From contig NC_068994.1 in the NCBI RefSeq assembly GCF_001194135.2, positions 41,168,814 to 41,232,813 of the forward strand: a stretch of 64,000 nucleotides of DNA, given 5' to 3'. The notes below the pieces were generated by a model. That model had not been told where the DNA came from. It did no database searches and saw nothing but the letters and a program-made list of their open reading frames with translations. This DNA is from Octopus bimaculoides. Lineage: Eukaryota. Positions 11,415 to 24,965 of the stretch are shown here, piece after piece. Position numbers and translations under genes: made by a program. Every line of letters begins with the position of its first letter. Position 1 is the stretch's first letter.

Positions 11415-13659
11415 GATATATACTTGCTTTGTAAATACATGTGTGTATTTATAAAGCAATAGGAGTTAACTTCTTATATAGGCAATCATTGATTTTGTGG
11501 TCTTGCTTTCCAGACACTGCTTAACTTCACGTTGTATAAACCATTATGAGAAATAGTTTTAAAAAGAATGTTTTCCAAAATACTGCCCATATTAAAGGGA
11601 ATAATTTTTACTCAGCACGTGTTAGTTATGTTTCGTAAATGTCTCTAATGTGGTAATGAAATGTTTGGAAACTGTATTTCTATGAAGTTGAGAAGGAACA
11701 AAATGTTATATGTGATAAAGAAAGATTAAGTTTCATAAAGGTGCTAGTTATGACAGTAGTGGAGAATAAAGAAGATGGCTGCTGTAGGAAAACTAAAGTA
11801 AGTAAATTGGAGATGACAAAAAGAATGTAAGTAAGCAATATCAGATGCACGTACACAATCAAGTGGATGTGGTGTTTCCCAGTTTCATAATAGGTGCTTT
11901 ATAAAGTGTTTACATTTCTTAGAATTCTCTGATCTTTGTTTAACTAGAGATTTTGTTATAAGGGTTCTCTGCTATGCACAAGAAACACTCCAGTTCTTAG
12001 CTACAGGCGGATAGGGTCTGGGTCTAATGCCCATATTTAAGACAAATTAAGGAATGACATCATCCACACTAAGTGCATTCATTCTTAAATAACTAGTCTT
12101 TGACTTCCATGTTGTTATACTAGATTTCACAAGCAGCTTACATAAATCTCACAAGAACTAAAGAAAAACTTATATCAATGTAGGAATATCCTGTACAACA
12201 GAAAAAGAAGTTTGACAACCGATATTAGTGTGTTTATGTCCCCGTAAATTAGCAGTTTGGCAAAAGAGACCGATAGAATATGTACTAGGCTTACAATGAA
12301 TAAGTCCTGGGATCGATTTGTTCTGTAGTTAAATGACTGAAGCAAGTAAAAGAGTATATATACATACACACACAGAGAGGCACACACATATATACATATG
12401 TATACCTACATACATACACGTCATATAAAACATATCTAATGTAGTGAAACTTGCAGTGAAGAATATCATGTTGAGTAATTCCTTATTTTTTTATAGTTAT
12501 TTAAAGACAACTCTTATTTCTCGCTATTGTTGTTGTTGCTGCAGGTGCTATTGTTGATGTCGTTGATGTTGCTGCTGCTGCATGTCTTTCTTTTATGCAT
12601 TTTCCTTTGCTTTTGATTTTAAGTTATGTAAGAAGTTTCGGTTTCATTCTCAACTAAACTAACTTTTCAATTCTCTTTTGCCTTTCTCTTTCTTTCGTTC
12701 TGACTTTCTCCCCCACTCCATCACCTCTATCTATCTATCTATCTATCAATCTTTCTATTTCTCAGTCACATCCCCTCTCTCTCTCTGTTTCTCTTTCAAT
12801 TTATTTTCCATCATTATTTCCCGCTTACCCTGTCTTTATCTCTCACTCACACACTCTCACTTTCTCTCTCCCCATCTCTTTGTCCTTCTCTCTAATTTAC
12901 TCTGACTGTCGGTTCAAACTTGATTTATTGGTATGGAAGTAGAACAGATGTTCAGTGAATTTTCCAGATGCTGCAACCACAAAATGAAACCAGCACTCTT
13001 TCATTCCTCTCTCTCTCTCTCTCTCACCCCTACACACACACATTCAGCCCTCTATCTTTAATAAAAAAAAAAAGATCTTGATTGTCTTGTCATCTCTTCA
13101 CACATTTTACATTCTAGAACCATATGTCCACCATCTTGTTCTATCTTTCCTTTCCACATCTTTTGACATTATAATTTTACAATGAATAAAGCTATAAATG
13201 AAAGCCAGCATCAGAGATACAAATTAATTAAGACTTAATTAAATACATGAAGACATGGTGATTTTAAGGTCTTGAGTTGAATTCCTGGACTGGTCTGCAC
13301 TTGGGAGCCTTGAGCAAAACACTTCATTTCATTTTGTGAGTTGTCATAAAGTTTATCTACAGCAAGAAACCCATTCTGTTCTGGTTCCTTCTCTCAAACT
13401 TTAACCCTACTTTCTAAAGCACAAAGCTGCATCCCTCTCTTTCTGTAACCCCACTTAATCGAGGAGGGTCTCAGTGCTATGAAAAACACACCTGATACAT
13501 GCTGTCAAAGGACTGGCTTTAATCAGGCCATCAGAGTACAATGCTGTCTTTGAACTTGTTGGATTTTGGATTTTGTCAAACAATCTGTCTCATGCCAGTA
13601 TGGAACATTGGTGCTAAATGATCATGATGATATTTCTGTATGTGTATCGCTCTCTCTTT

Positions 13660-13960
13660 GCATGCATGCACACATGCACAACTCCACAAACACACCACTC
13701 ACACACACACAAACATACTACACACGCATATGCAAACAAACACCACACACACTTACACATAAATAAACACCATACACACACACAAGCACACCACACAGAC
13801 ACCACATACACACACGCACATGCATACACAAATACACACACACACAAACATACCACACATACGCACACACACATGCCACACTCACATACACACAAGCAAA
13901 CACACCACACACACATGCACACTAACAAACACCACACACACACACAAACACACATGCACA
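13660..13960. repeat. Degenerate (CA)n-rich microsatellite
   Basis: Directly visible; it produces His/Thr and Val/Cys junk ORFs. Confidence 0.9.
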
Positions 13961-14373
13961 TATATTGGAAATCTAGTTATTTTGTGAATGTCAACACAAA
14001 AGCTTTGTGGTATGCATAACTGCATATATTGCAAAAATTGTTCAGTGAAGCACAAAGTAATTTGACTGACCGGTTAATAGAATCAATAGCATTTCTATGA
14101 ATCAATTATGAAGTAATACTTTTGAAATAATTAGTATATCATAGTCTATATGCTTTGTTTAGTTCAGTAATTAACTATTAAGTCCATACGGCCTTATTGA
14201 AAATTGCTGTCAATCAAGTTGTTGATGTTTAACCACAAGTCAATCTTGATTGAATAAGCTTATGTACAAAGACATTTTTTTGTATAACAAGGACTTTGCC
14301 AAGGACTTTCTCCCTCTCACCATTTTTTATTAGTCTCTCTCTCTCTCTCTCCCTCCTAATCTTTCTCTTTTTC

Positions 14374-14640
14374 TCTCTCTCGTTGCTTACACGTGACCAT
14401 CGTCCATCTTTTCTTTTCCTCTTTATATAAAATTAATATGAGTGTTTCTGCCACCCAAGTAGGCTTTGGAAGAATTTAAAGGATTTGAACGATGGATAAC
14501 AAAGGAAATAGTGAATGCTGAGAGATATATTTATGTTGAAAAGAGAAAAGATAGAAGAGAGAGATAGATGTCCAGTCCTTAGAACGTCCGTGCTGGAAAG
14601 AAAGATGGATGATGGTCACATGTGAGCAATGCGAGAGAGA
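14374..14640. repeat. Old inverted repeat, ~40-bp core arms about 190 bp apart
   Basis: 14374-14411 vs the reverse complement of 14601-14640; differences are mostly transitions. Confidence 0.75.
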
Positions 14641-17600
14641 AGAAAAGAAAGATGGGGAGAAAGAGAGAAAGATAGACACAACAACAAATGGATGTCTAAG
14701 GCCTCTGACCCTAAGACATGAGGGTGGGAACATGAATATTCATACCACATATGTTGCTTCTTTTTTTTCTACAATTATTAAATGTATAAGCAGTTCTTAT
14801 GTTGGTGTAAGAGTAATTAGAAAAATATAAAGAGAAGAACATAGATGATCGGACTGATTGTGAAGAAGTCACATGTACTAAAAAAGGAAAAGAAAAAAAC
14901 AAATGCACAAAATGAAACAAAGTGAAATATCGTGGAGTGCTCAGTGAAACATTATTGATTGCTTTAAGATGAATTAAGTTGCTTAATGTTTATAATGTTT
15001 ATCTTACTAATTTTATTACTTTGTCTGTCGTCGTCATCATCTTCATCATCATTCTAGTGGCCGTCTTCATCATCATTCATTATCATCATTGTTGTGGTCA
15101 TAACTGTCATTCCACCAGCACCAGCACTCCCAGCACCACAACCACTACCAACAACAACAACAACACCACCTTCATGACCACCAATAATTCATCTTCATTT
15201 TCGAATATAATTTACTTTTTGAATATATTCCGAAGGGTAATTAAAAAGTAACAAAATCTATAATATAGATTATTTCAAACTACAAAATAAACAATAAATA
15301 AATTAAAATTGGTTAAACAACAACTTCCTGTTATTGATGAATTCTTACATAGCAATAATGGTTTAGACATAAACAGAACTGCACTGCAAAAAGGTAGTTT
15401 CCATTTCTGTTTTATTATGACATTACCAAAGTTTATTCTAGAGTGATGATAAGAGTACTACTGAGGAGTGGGAATTGGAACAAAACAAAAGTTTAGGTTT
15501 ATTACATTCACTCTTCAGGTGCACTGCTTTTTGAGATTCCCATGACTCTCTGTCACCATTCAGTTCCATTATTATGAATTTGAATAGGGAGCTTGAGTTA
15601 TAGAGAATCTTCCATTAGCTGATTACACAACTATAGACGCTGCTCTTATGGATATGTTGCAGCTATTCTCTTGATAAAGGCTGATGATCCTGACCGTTGA
15701 TCTTCAAGGGTTCCTTCACTCAGCATCAATGTACGAAGCACCATTGGCTCAGTTGAGCTCTTCCACTACCTCTTCACAATCTGCCATACTGCAGTCCTAT
15801 AACTTCATCACATCCTTGGCAGGGTGGCTAAATGGATACTATGTCTTGCCATAGGGCAACCCATAACTATGCAGAGCATGGTTGTCACTCTGTGAGGCAT
15901 CTTCAAAATACCCATAGACCCATAGGTTCATTAAACATCTAATTTATTATATTGTAATAATGTCCAGCATCAGAATTGTGAAGGCATGTGGCCTAGTGAT
16001 TGGGGTGTTGCACTCATGATCATAAGAACATGGTTTCCATTCCTGAACCAGGTAGTATATTGTATCCTCAAACAAAACACTTCACTCAGTCCACTCAGTT
16101 GTAAATGAGTTCCTACAATAGATGGAAGTTAACCCTAAAACAGACCAGCATTTTGTTCAAGGGAGTGTTGTAATCTCAGTCACTTAAATGCCTTGAAAAC
16201 TGTGGAGACACATTGTAATATTTAAACAGGGACAAATAAAAGCTACTACATCGGATCTGTGGAGGCATATGACCTAGTGGTTACAGCAGTGGACTCACGG
16301 TCAAGGTATCACAGGTTCAAATCTCAGACGGGGTGATGTGTGTGTGTTTATGTGCAAAACACCTAAGCACCACCTGGCTTCAGCAGAAGATAATAGCGAA
16401 CTTCTGCTGACTCTTTCACCACAACTTTATCTCATTCTTTCCTCCTGCACCTAGCAGCTCGCCTGTGATGGGTAGTGTCCTGTCAAGGTGGGGAACTAAT
16501 ATGTCAATGAAACCAGGAAAACCAGCCCTTATGAGCCAGGCATGGCTCGAGAGGGAACAAACAACAATAACATCAGATCTAAAGCTATTCATCTGATTGG
16601 ATTTCATACACTTTTTGTCTACCTCTTTTTTTTTTTGACAAGGGTTTTAGTTGAGTTTAGGCTATAGTAGAAGACACTTACCTAAGGTGCCTGCAGTAGG
16701 ATCAAGCCGAAAACCATCTTGTTCCAAAACAAGCTTCTTAAGCATGTAGCCATATGTGTGGTGCCTATTGAATGTTATACAGTGGGAGGCCTCATCTAGC
16801 TGTCTATTATATGTGTCATCTCTATGACATAAAGCATCAACTTCATTAATGGTAGTAGACGATGATTAAAAGAGAATGTTAGTAAGAGTAATAACATTTT
16901 AAAGTTGGATAAAAAAAAAAAGACACATAAAAATATAAAACAGAAAAAAAGAAAAACTTGTTTTCTTTGGAAAAAAAATTCTTTAGCAAGAAATATAAGC
17001 TGAAGAAACTAAGAACATAAATGAAAAACCAATAAAAAAATAAAGGGAGAAAACAGGTAGCCATAGCAATGGGTGAAATGGGAAAAAATGAAGTAAAAGA
17101 TACCAATTAAGATATATCGTCTAAATTTTCCTTAATTTGATGAGAAGAATAAATTAGAAATACAAGCAAAACAGAAATAAATAAATGAATAAAAATAAAA
17201 ATGTGATATAAAATAAAGAAGGAAAAAGAAAATACACTGAATGAAATCCAAAATCAATCATTCAACTGAATGGCAAACAATTAATGTGGTTCGTTGGAGA
17301 GCGAAGGACAATTGAAACGAATTAGTGTGAAACACTGCTTGCTAAATATTCTCTTCAGTTTCAGCACATTTGTGTGGAAAGGTAAGGAGAAAGGGGGGCG
17401 GTGAAGCTAAGAGAATGATTGACCAAAAAGAAAGCAAGACAATAATGAAGAACTATAAAATATAGTGAGTAAATCACTGGGAAAAACAGTAGACAAATTA
17501 AGTGGTATGGCTAAATGCTAGTGGTAGTGGAGGTGGTGGAGGTGTTGTTGCTGCTGCTGTTGTTGGTGGTGGTGGTGTTTTTGTTGTTGTTGGTGGTGGT

Positions 17601-18339
17601 AGTGGTCATGGGGTGGTGAGGAGAGTGTTTTGTAATGGTAATGTTCATCTGTTGTTATTGCTGGTGTTGTTGTTGTCATTGTTAACCCTCAGGTAGGTTC
17701 TGACTGAAATATCTATGACCAAAGGCGTTCCAACAATGGCCATGTGATCTGTTTTGTAAAGGCAAAGTGTATCTAGGAATATTTTAGGCATCCTGTCAGT
17801 TATTATTCTTTGTTTTATCTTGTTTATTTTTTATTTCTTTAGATGAGATTTTAAGGAGATTTGACAATTATTTCTAGCAGTTTGCACGACTGCATGGAGG
17901 TTTCAATTGTAATGATGCATATTGTTGGCCCGAGGCCAACTACTATGGCCAACTTAGATTTCTAATCAAAGGCATTTCAACCATGACCATCTCATCTTAC
18001 AACTATGTAGGTCTGCATTATCACTGTACTCTTCTCTTTCCTAAGACAATAGTGTTATCAAATGGAGATTTGCTGCTATTTTAAGCAAGGTCAGTGATCA
18101 TTTAGAGGTTTCCTTTGGTGGTGGCAGTAATTATGGCTGTTGTGGCAGTGTTTGCCATCTTAGAGGTTATCCTTATAGTAGTGGTGGTGGTGGTGGTAAT
18201 TCTTGTAGTCTTGTCATGGTATTGGTGTGGTGCTGCTGATAGTGGTGTTGGTGGTGGTGCTGGTGTCAAAAGATTGAAAAAGAAATGTATGTAATAGTTT
18301 CTTTTGGCAATGAATGATAAAGGTATACTGATAGATAGA

Positions 18340-18665
18340 TAGACAAAATGACAGACAGATGGGTAAATGGTTGGATAGATAGATATATAGATAGACTAAT
18401 AGATTAAACATAGACAGAGAGTGATAGATAGATAGTTAGACTGACAGGCAGACAATAAGATAGACAGACGGGCTGATGGACAGTCAGACAAATATGGATG
18501 GATGGCTTGATAGATAGATAAATTCATCGTAGATAGATGAATAGATAGATAGACGAATGGACAGATAGATAGATAGATAGATAGATGGATGGATAGATGG
18601 ACAGATAGATAGATAGATAGATGGATGGATGGACAGACGGATAGACGGACAGATAGATAGATTGA
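18340..18665. repeat. (GATA)n/(GGAT)n/(GACA)n compound tetranucleotide microsatellite
   Basis: Directly visible. Confidence 0.9.
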
Positions 18666-19231
18666 CAGAAACAGAAAAAGCTATGAAAATATATATAAAA
18701 ACAGTCCAATAAAAGACAATCAATCAAATGTAAAACAAAAAAAAAGAGAAAATAAATTTATGCAAGTTGGGATAAATATTCTATCAATGTTGATGTGGAG
18801 TTGAATTAAAATGGTGTCTAGATGAGATAAGAGAATTGTAAAATTAATTTGTTTCATAGATTGTGTGTGTGTGTGTGTGTTTATGTTTAAATGTTTTATG
18901 CTCATTATGTGTAAGTATTTTGTTTTTTGTGTGTTAGAGTATGTGTGTGTCAGGGTGTGTGACAGTGGGTATTTTTCTCATTAAACAAAGAACAAAGGTA
19001 AAAATGTTCACAGAGGAAAAAAAACAAAAAACAACATAAACTATATAAAATATCTTGCTATAAAGATGGCTGTGGTGAAAATGAAAAAGAAACAGATTTA
19101 TTAGTCCTTTATCCTTTTAAAATCAGATGACAGAAGTTTTGCTTCACTAGCTACACAAGTTTTTTGTTATCTTTTTAGCCCACTTTTCTCTCATTTTCTC
19201 TCTATGTAAACCAACCCAGGAAATTTCTTCC

Positions 19232-19457
19232 TTAACCCTTTTGATACCAACCTACTTAAGCCTGCCATTAGATCCATGATACAAACTCCTTGTGTTGTAA
19301 AGATTTAAATTTAAATTTTCCGTCAAAATTTCATGTCAGTTTATGTTCCAAACCCCAGATTAACAATGATAAAATTATTTCACTAAATTCTTTATTGTTT
19401 TCAAAAATAATTGAAACAAAGACAATGCATTTTGAAAGAAATGTGGTAACAAAAGGG
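19232..19457. mobile_element. piggyBac-like MITE
   Basis: Left TTAA-CCCTTTTGATACCA and right TGGTAACAAAAGGG (14-bp TIR, 1 mismatch; right TTAA degraded). A related partial copy lies at ~48900-49075 on the minus strand. Confidence 0.7.
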
Positions 19458-19487
19458 TTTCTTGTATTTTCGTTTTTATTTTCTTAA

Positions 19488-19800
19488 TCTAGAATGAGAA
19501 GATCAGGGATAAAACTGGAGTGAAAAACATCATTGCAGAATACCACCAGGCAAAGCTATGGTGGGCTTGTCATGTCACAAGGCTCACAGACGACTGGTGG
19601 ACCCATACAATTGTTGAGTGGTATTCATGCAAGTGGAAGAGACCACTCAGGAGACCTCCACTCAGGTGGAAAGGTGATTTAAGAAAAATGTTTGGAGCAC
19701 AATGGAGGAGAATGGTAAGAGCATGAGGGGAATGGAATAAATGCTGTGGTCAGCAGAGCCAACTCAGCACCAGACAGCCTGGCCAATCCAAATGAATCAA
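19488..19800 (+). mobile_element. RTE-clade LINE fragment (C-terminal ORF remnant)
   Basis: Peptide KLWWACHVTRLTDDWWTHTIVEWYSCKWKRPLRRPPLRWKGDL resembles the RTE WxWAGHxxRxxDxRWTxxxxEWxPxxxKRxxGRPxxRWxDD motif. Confidence 0.8.
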
Positions 19801-22800
19801 ATAAAGAAGGGCAGCATCCAGACCCTATATTTTGGGGAAGAAAGGGAGTTATTTTTCTGGTCAGAGATCTAGTGTGAAGGTCTAAGTGAACGTATAGCAA
19901 AAGTTCCTTAGTTTGCATATCTTTGTAATGATGTCTTGTTGCTAGCCTCAGGCCAACCCAGTGGCATACTGTGGGTATAACATGGGTTTGGCTCCTCAAT
20001 AACAGATATCCAGTAATGAAGGAAACCAAAAAAGGGTGAAATCACATGATCTGGTAGTATACAAGAGGTTTTGTCAAGGTAAATAACACAGATTTCTGTT
20101 TCAGCAAAAACGTCCACATTACTGTGGAAATAAAGATTGCCTTTTGATATTAATACTGCTTCTGTCACTATTAATTATTTTTTAAAGTTATATACCTCAC
20201 ACATAAGGATTATAATTCACTCTAATGAAATAAGGATGAATCAAATAGTCAAGACAAATTTAACTATTTGTAAAACAACTTTTTGACATATACAAAACAG
20301 GTAATTTGAATAACTTCAACAAACCAAATGATAACCTAAATTTTTGTAACAAATATGCTGACATTTAATTTACTATTCATATTTTCAGAAAAAAACTTGA
20401 AAGAAAAATTTATCATAAGATTTTAATAAAATTTGAATGAACATATTAAAACAAGGCAGCATGATACGTTAGTAAACAGCCAAAGAGTGACTGGTAAAAA
20501 AATTCATATAATGCATTTTCAAATGGTGAAAGATAAGCTTGATATCATAATCTTTGACATTTATAGCAAACTAGATCAGAAGTGGGGCAAATAGAAACAA
20601 CATACATTCAATAAAAATTTTTAAATTTATTATTTCTATAAATACTTGAATGAAGAATGTATAAAATTTTCTCTCATGTCAGCAATATAAGTAGATGATT
20701 ATAAAAGTAGAAAATAACGCCAATGGATTGAAGTTTATGAAGAGATTCAACAAGATTTTTAAGCAATAACATGGCAGTTAGGAGTGAGGAAAGTTCAAAA
20801 CATACTGAAATATATAGGTTTTAATTAATTTTCTACTTGTTCTTTTTATTCATTTTTATCTCTCTACTTGAAAAGGATAAAATAAGTTTTTATGGTTTTA
20901 GAGATTTCATACCGATTTATATCTTTAAACGAAGAAGAGTTTAGTTGAAGTATTCTATGAAAGACTAGTTAACATCTTATCAACTACAAAAAAATTGTTA
21001 AAATCTTATTGAATTTATATTCTCTATTTGATTCATCATAGCTGTTGTAGATGTTAATAAACTAAAATATTAATGTCATGTCATGTGTTTCATGAGAATT
21101 TCTAAGTTCATGATATTAATTTAGAAGATCAGATCATTCTAGACCAAAAGAATTCTAGGAAAATCAGACTAGCCTGTTTAAGGGTCTCTGTTTTCTAGCA
21201 GAATATTTTATCAACCTTTGCAGCTTGATGATATCTAGAATTTGCAGTATCCTACATATATTTAAAGATATAATTGTAAGAGAGTTAAGCATCATTTCAA
21301 TAAGTGACTTTTTAAAGATAATATCTATATACTAATCTGATATATTGTGAGCATCGACCTGTAATAAATAAGCTCTGTAATCTCATGAGAAACATTTGCT
21401 TGATTTAATAGCTGAGAGACTGAGAGAGACATGGAAAGAGAGAGATAAAGAGAAGAGATAGATAGAGAGGGAGATAGAGAAGAGATAGATAGAGAGAGAG
21501 CAAGAAAGAGGGATAGGAAGAGAGAGACAGGGAGAGAGGGAGTCAGTTTTCATATGAAAAGACTTTGAAAAGAGAGGTACTTACTACATAAATCGAACAG
21601 AAAAAAAAAACTGTATGTGTGTGTATGTATATATGTATGTATAAATACATACATACATACAAATTAAGAACAACAACAAAATAATGTTTTTAGTTATGGG
21701 CAAATACAAAACAAATCAACAACCATAATCCAATCTAACTAAAAAAAAAAAAAAGAAACATTGATATAAGTAGGAGTCTAATGGCTATGTGGTCATTCCC
21801 ACCTGAGTAGCTACAAAAGAAGAAAGTCAATCTACTTTGGTAAATATTTTACTAGAGGAAACCAATTTCAGGAAAATTACTTTACATACCAGAGTAAATA
21901 GGATAAATAGGATTCTACCTGAATCATTAAACTTTTCTTCTTCCTCACAGCCAAATAATTTATTCCAATTTGTGAACTTTTTGTATTTACCATATTTGTC
22001 AATTCAGACTGCTTTCACTAGTTTTGGTGAATTCTACTGTTCCAGTGAGTTAACAAATAGGAGAGACCCTGGAAGCAAGTATATTTGCAGTGAGGAGTGA
22101 AAAAAATCTGTCATTTCAGACTTTTTGCCTTTCTTCTGAGAGCAATGTAAAAAGTAAGCAACAGAAAGTGAGAGGGAGAGAGAGAGAGGGCTGGTATTTT
22201 CACTCCTTACTAAAACTGAGTTTCTCAAACTCTTCTGCACTATTCTTTATGCCCCAACATGACTGCAGTCCAATGACTGAAACAAGTAAAAGTTAAATGA
22301 TACAGGCTAACTATTGTCAACACAGATCGTCAATCATTTCTTGATATTTTGGTAAAAAAAAGAAAAGAAATGGCAAAAATAGAATATAGTAGTCCACTAC
22401 TGGACATATTGCTCTTCATGACCGAAAACTTTTGATAATTCTACACACTCATTAATACTGACCAGAATCTGTCAGTCTTAATATTCATTTTGGTGACTGA
22501 GGAGATTGCAAATACACGAAGTGAAGGGCCTTATCCAAGAACACAACATGCCCTACAGACCTTTTGAACGAAAGCCCAGTAGTCCTGTCACTAGCCAAAC
22601 TTCCTTTTGGGATTTAGATTTTACTTTAAAAAGACTAAGTTTGAATTATTTTTCCAATAGTTTAGTCAGAGAAGGAGGTGAAGTATACATGAACCCTTTC
22701 CAGATCTTCTGTTACTGGGAAAAACAGAGAAGAAAGACTCTGCTACTAAAGTTGCACAAGGTTTTGATGTGAAGTCAAGCTATAGATTAAGTCTACCATC

Positions 22801-23088
22801 TAAGAATGACAATATGACAACTGACCGAAATTAAATCTACTTTATTCACACGTTATTTTATTTCATTATCCTGCTTTGCATTTTTAATTTATCTTCTGAT
22901 TTATTTTATTCTGTCTTAGGTTATCATATTTACTAGCAAATAAGTAAATATATGTGAAGGAAACAACATTTTTTATGAAGTTAAACTATTTTTGAAAAGT
23001 ATACACTTCATAAAAATATCTCTCAGATTTTTTTTTTTTTTTTTGTTCTGCCAAATGAGGAACATATCAGGTTTTTACTTTATATCGG

Positions 23089-23315
23089 TTACACATTGAG
23101 GGAAGTTGATGGAAACATTTTCTGTGGTATTTCAGGTAGGGGCTTAGTGCAAAACATTGAACCAGATATTGGCTTTGAAGACAAATTAGAACTGCTACCA
23201 TATTCCATGTTGTCATTTGTTTCTCTGTACATAAAATTTTGATTCTCAATTGATTTACTCAAAGATTTGCAAGATGTTTTTCTATTCTGGTGTTTGATGG
23301 GAAACGCATAAATAT
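23089..23315 (-). CDS. PCDH: Protocadherin terminal coding exon 3 (cytoplasmic), 227 nt to stop
   Basis: Strong acceptor CTTTTTATTTCTTTTTCAG|. In phase 1 it reads (D)IYAFPIKHQNRKTSCKSLSKSIENQNFMYRETNDNMEYGSSSNLSSKPISGSMFCTKPLPEIPQKMFPSTSLNV-stop with no internal stop. The phase matches the exon 2 donor. AATAAA hexamers follow on the minus strand around 22841-22910. Confidence 0.8.
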
Positions 23316-23404
23316 CTGAAAAAGAAATAAAAAGCCACTGTAATTAATAAATTCAATGCCTGTTCATTAGTTCATGTTTTAAGATTTCATTCCAGCTAAC
23401 TCGT

Positions 23405-23975
23405 TACTTATCTTTTACTTTTAACTAGCTTCAGTCACAGAATTGCAACCATGCTGAGACACTATCTTGAAGGGGTTAGTTGAACAAATCGATCCCAGTC
23501 AATTTGTTCAACTTAATCTTTATTTTTTTAAGCCCGATACTTGTTCTGCAGGGTTTTTGTTTTTGCTGAACCACCAAGTTACAGGTTAAGAAGCTTGCTT
23601 TGCTACCATACGGTTCTAGGTTCAGTCCTGCTGTGTAACAACTTGAGCAAGTGTCTTCTGCTATAGCTCTGGGCTGACCAATGCTTTGTGAGAGAATTTG
23701 GTATGTAGGAACTGTGTGGAACCCCATCATGTGTGTGCGTGTGTGTTTTTGTGTATGTGGTTGTCCACTTTCAACCACCACAACCACTTGACAATTGTTA
23801 ATGGTTTGTTTTCAGCCCCTGTAACTTCGTAGCCCAACTAAAACGACTGTTAGAATAAGTACCAGACTTAAAAGAGATGTACTGGGGTGGGGGTGGGATC
23901 AATTAGTTTCATTAAACCCTTGAAGATAGTGCCCCAGCATGGCCACAGTCTAGTGACTGAAATTAGTAAAGAGAA
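23405..23975. mobile_element. Two family A SINE pieces in opposite orientation (intron 2)
   Basis: Minus-strand tail at ~23405-23585 abuts a plus-strand full copy at ~23585-23975. Confidence 0.7.
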
Positions 23976-24454
23976 AATGAATGAGAAAAGAAACCCTATT
24001 TGTTTCATGTATAATAGTATAATAAAATCTAATCCAGATTTACAGTCTGCTTAGAAGTAATTCTTTATTTTTCTCTTAATTCTGAGGATTATAAAACCTT
24101 GTTTTGAAATGGCTTAATCTGAAAACAATTTATATTCTGAATGTGATATTAATAAGAAAGAAATAATAGTACAGAATCAAATATTTAGGAATCTCTATGG
24201 ACAATAATATCATATGATAAAAAGATCAGAAAAAAATAAACAATATTTTCAATAATGTTATCATAATTAATGTAAGAATTGAAAATATGAGTAAAACTAT
24301 TTAGGTGGTGAGAAATTTTGGCAAACATGAAAGACAGCTTGCAACATATTTCAGTCATATTCTGGCCACATCAACAAAACCTTCTCCAAAATGATAATAA
24401 TAATAATAATAAGAAGAAGAAGAATAGTAATAATAATAATAAGTATCAAAGGCA

Positions 24455-24710
24455 GCAAGCTGGCAGAAATGTTAGCACACCAGGCGAAATGCTTAGTGGT
24501 ATTTTGTCCATCTTTGCAAGAAGGTGGTGAGCTGGCAGAAACATTAGCATGCTGGGTGAAATGCTTAGTGGTATTTCGTCTGTCTTTATGTTTTGAGTTC
24601 AAATTCTGCCGAGGTCAACAAAATAAGTACCAGTTGCATACTGGGGTTGATCTAATCGACTAGCCACCTCCCCCAAAATTTCGTGCCTTGTGCCTAGAGT
24701 AGAACAGAAG
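24455..24710 (+). mobile_element. SINE family B (GGCAGCAAGCTGGCAGAA... tRNA-like head), partly duplicated head
   Basis: GAGCTGGCAGAA..TTAGCA..GGG.GAAATGCTTAG.GGTATTTCGTC..GAGTTCAAATTC.GCCGAGGTC; the family also occurs near 25830, 37770, 38225, 41790, 49170 and 61480. Confidence 0.75.
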
Positions 24711-24734
24711 AATAAAATGTATCAGATGCCCTTC

Positions 24735-24965
24735 TTCAGCTACAGGGTCATAAGGCCAGTTTCCCAGATTCTGTGGCATAAGAACTCCTACAGATAAACA
24801 TGATGCCAGCCCATTGCTGGACTACTTATTTCTGATAGCTGAGTGGACTGAAGTGAGGTGAAATGAAGTGTCTTGCTCAAGAACACAATGCATCGCCTGG
24901 TCCAGGAATCGAAACCACAATCATACAATCATGGATGCAACACCCTAACCACTAAGCCACATACC
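24735..24965 (-). mobile_element. SINE family C, minus-strand copy (intron 2)
   Basis: Reverse complement reads TGGCTTAGTGGTTAGGGTGTTGCATCC...GTTTCGATTCCTGGACCAGG...GTGTTCTTGAGCAAGACAC. Confidence 0.8.

Noticed and set aside
15540-15940. Higher-complexity stretch that looked like a decayed LINE or an extra protocadherin exon
   Set aside because: Stops in the minus-strand frames I translated and no motif I could recognise with confidence. Exon 3 already supplies the stop codon.
16260-16340. tRNA-like sequence (also near 4045, 29281, 32870, 37928 and 54238)
   Set aside because: No complete cloverleaf, and each is embedded in SINE or MITE bodies. These are SINE heads, not tRNA genes.
17300-17405. 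TCAGTT initiator-like motif, AAG|GTAAGG donor and GC box suggesting a plus-strand antisense start
   Set aside because: Short motifs only, with no supporting downstream exon; expected by chance.
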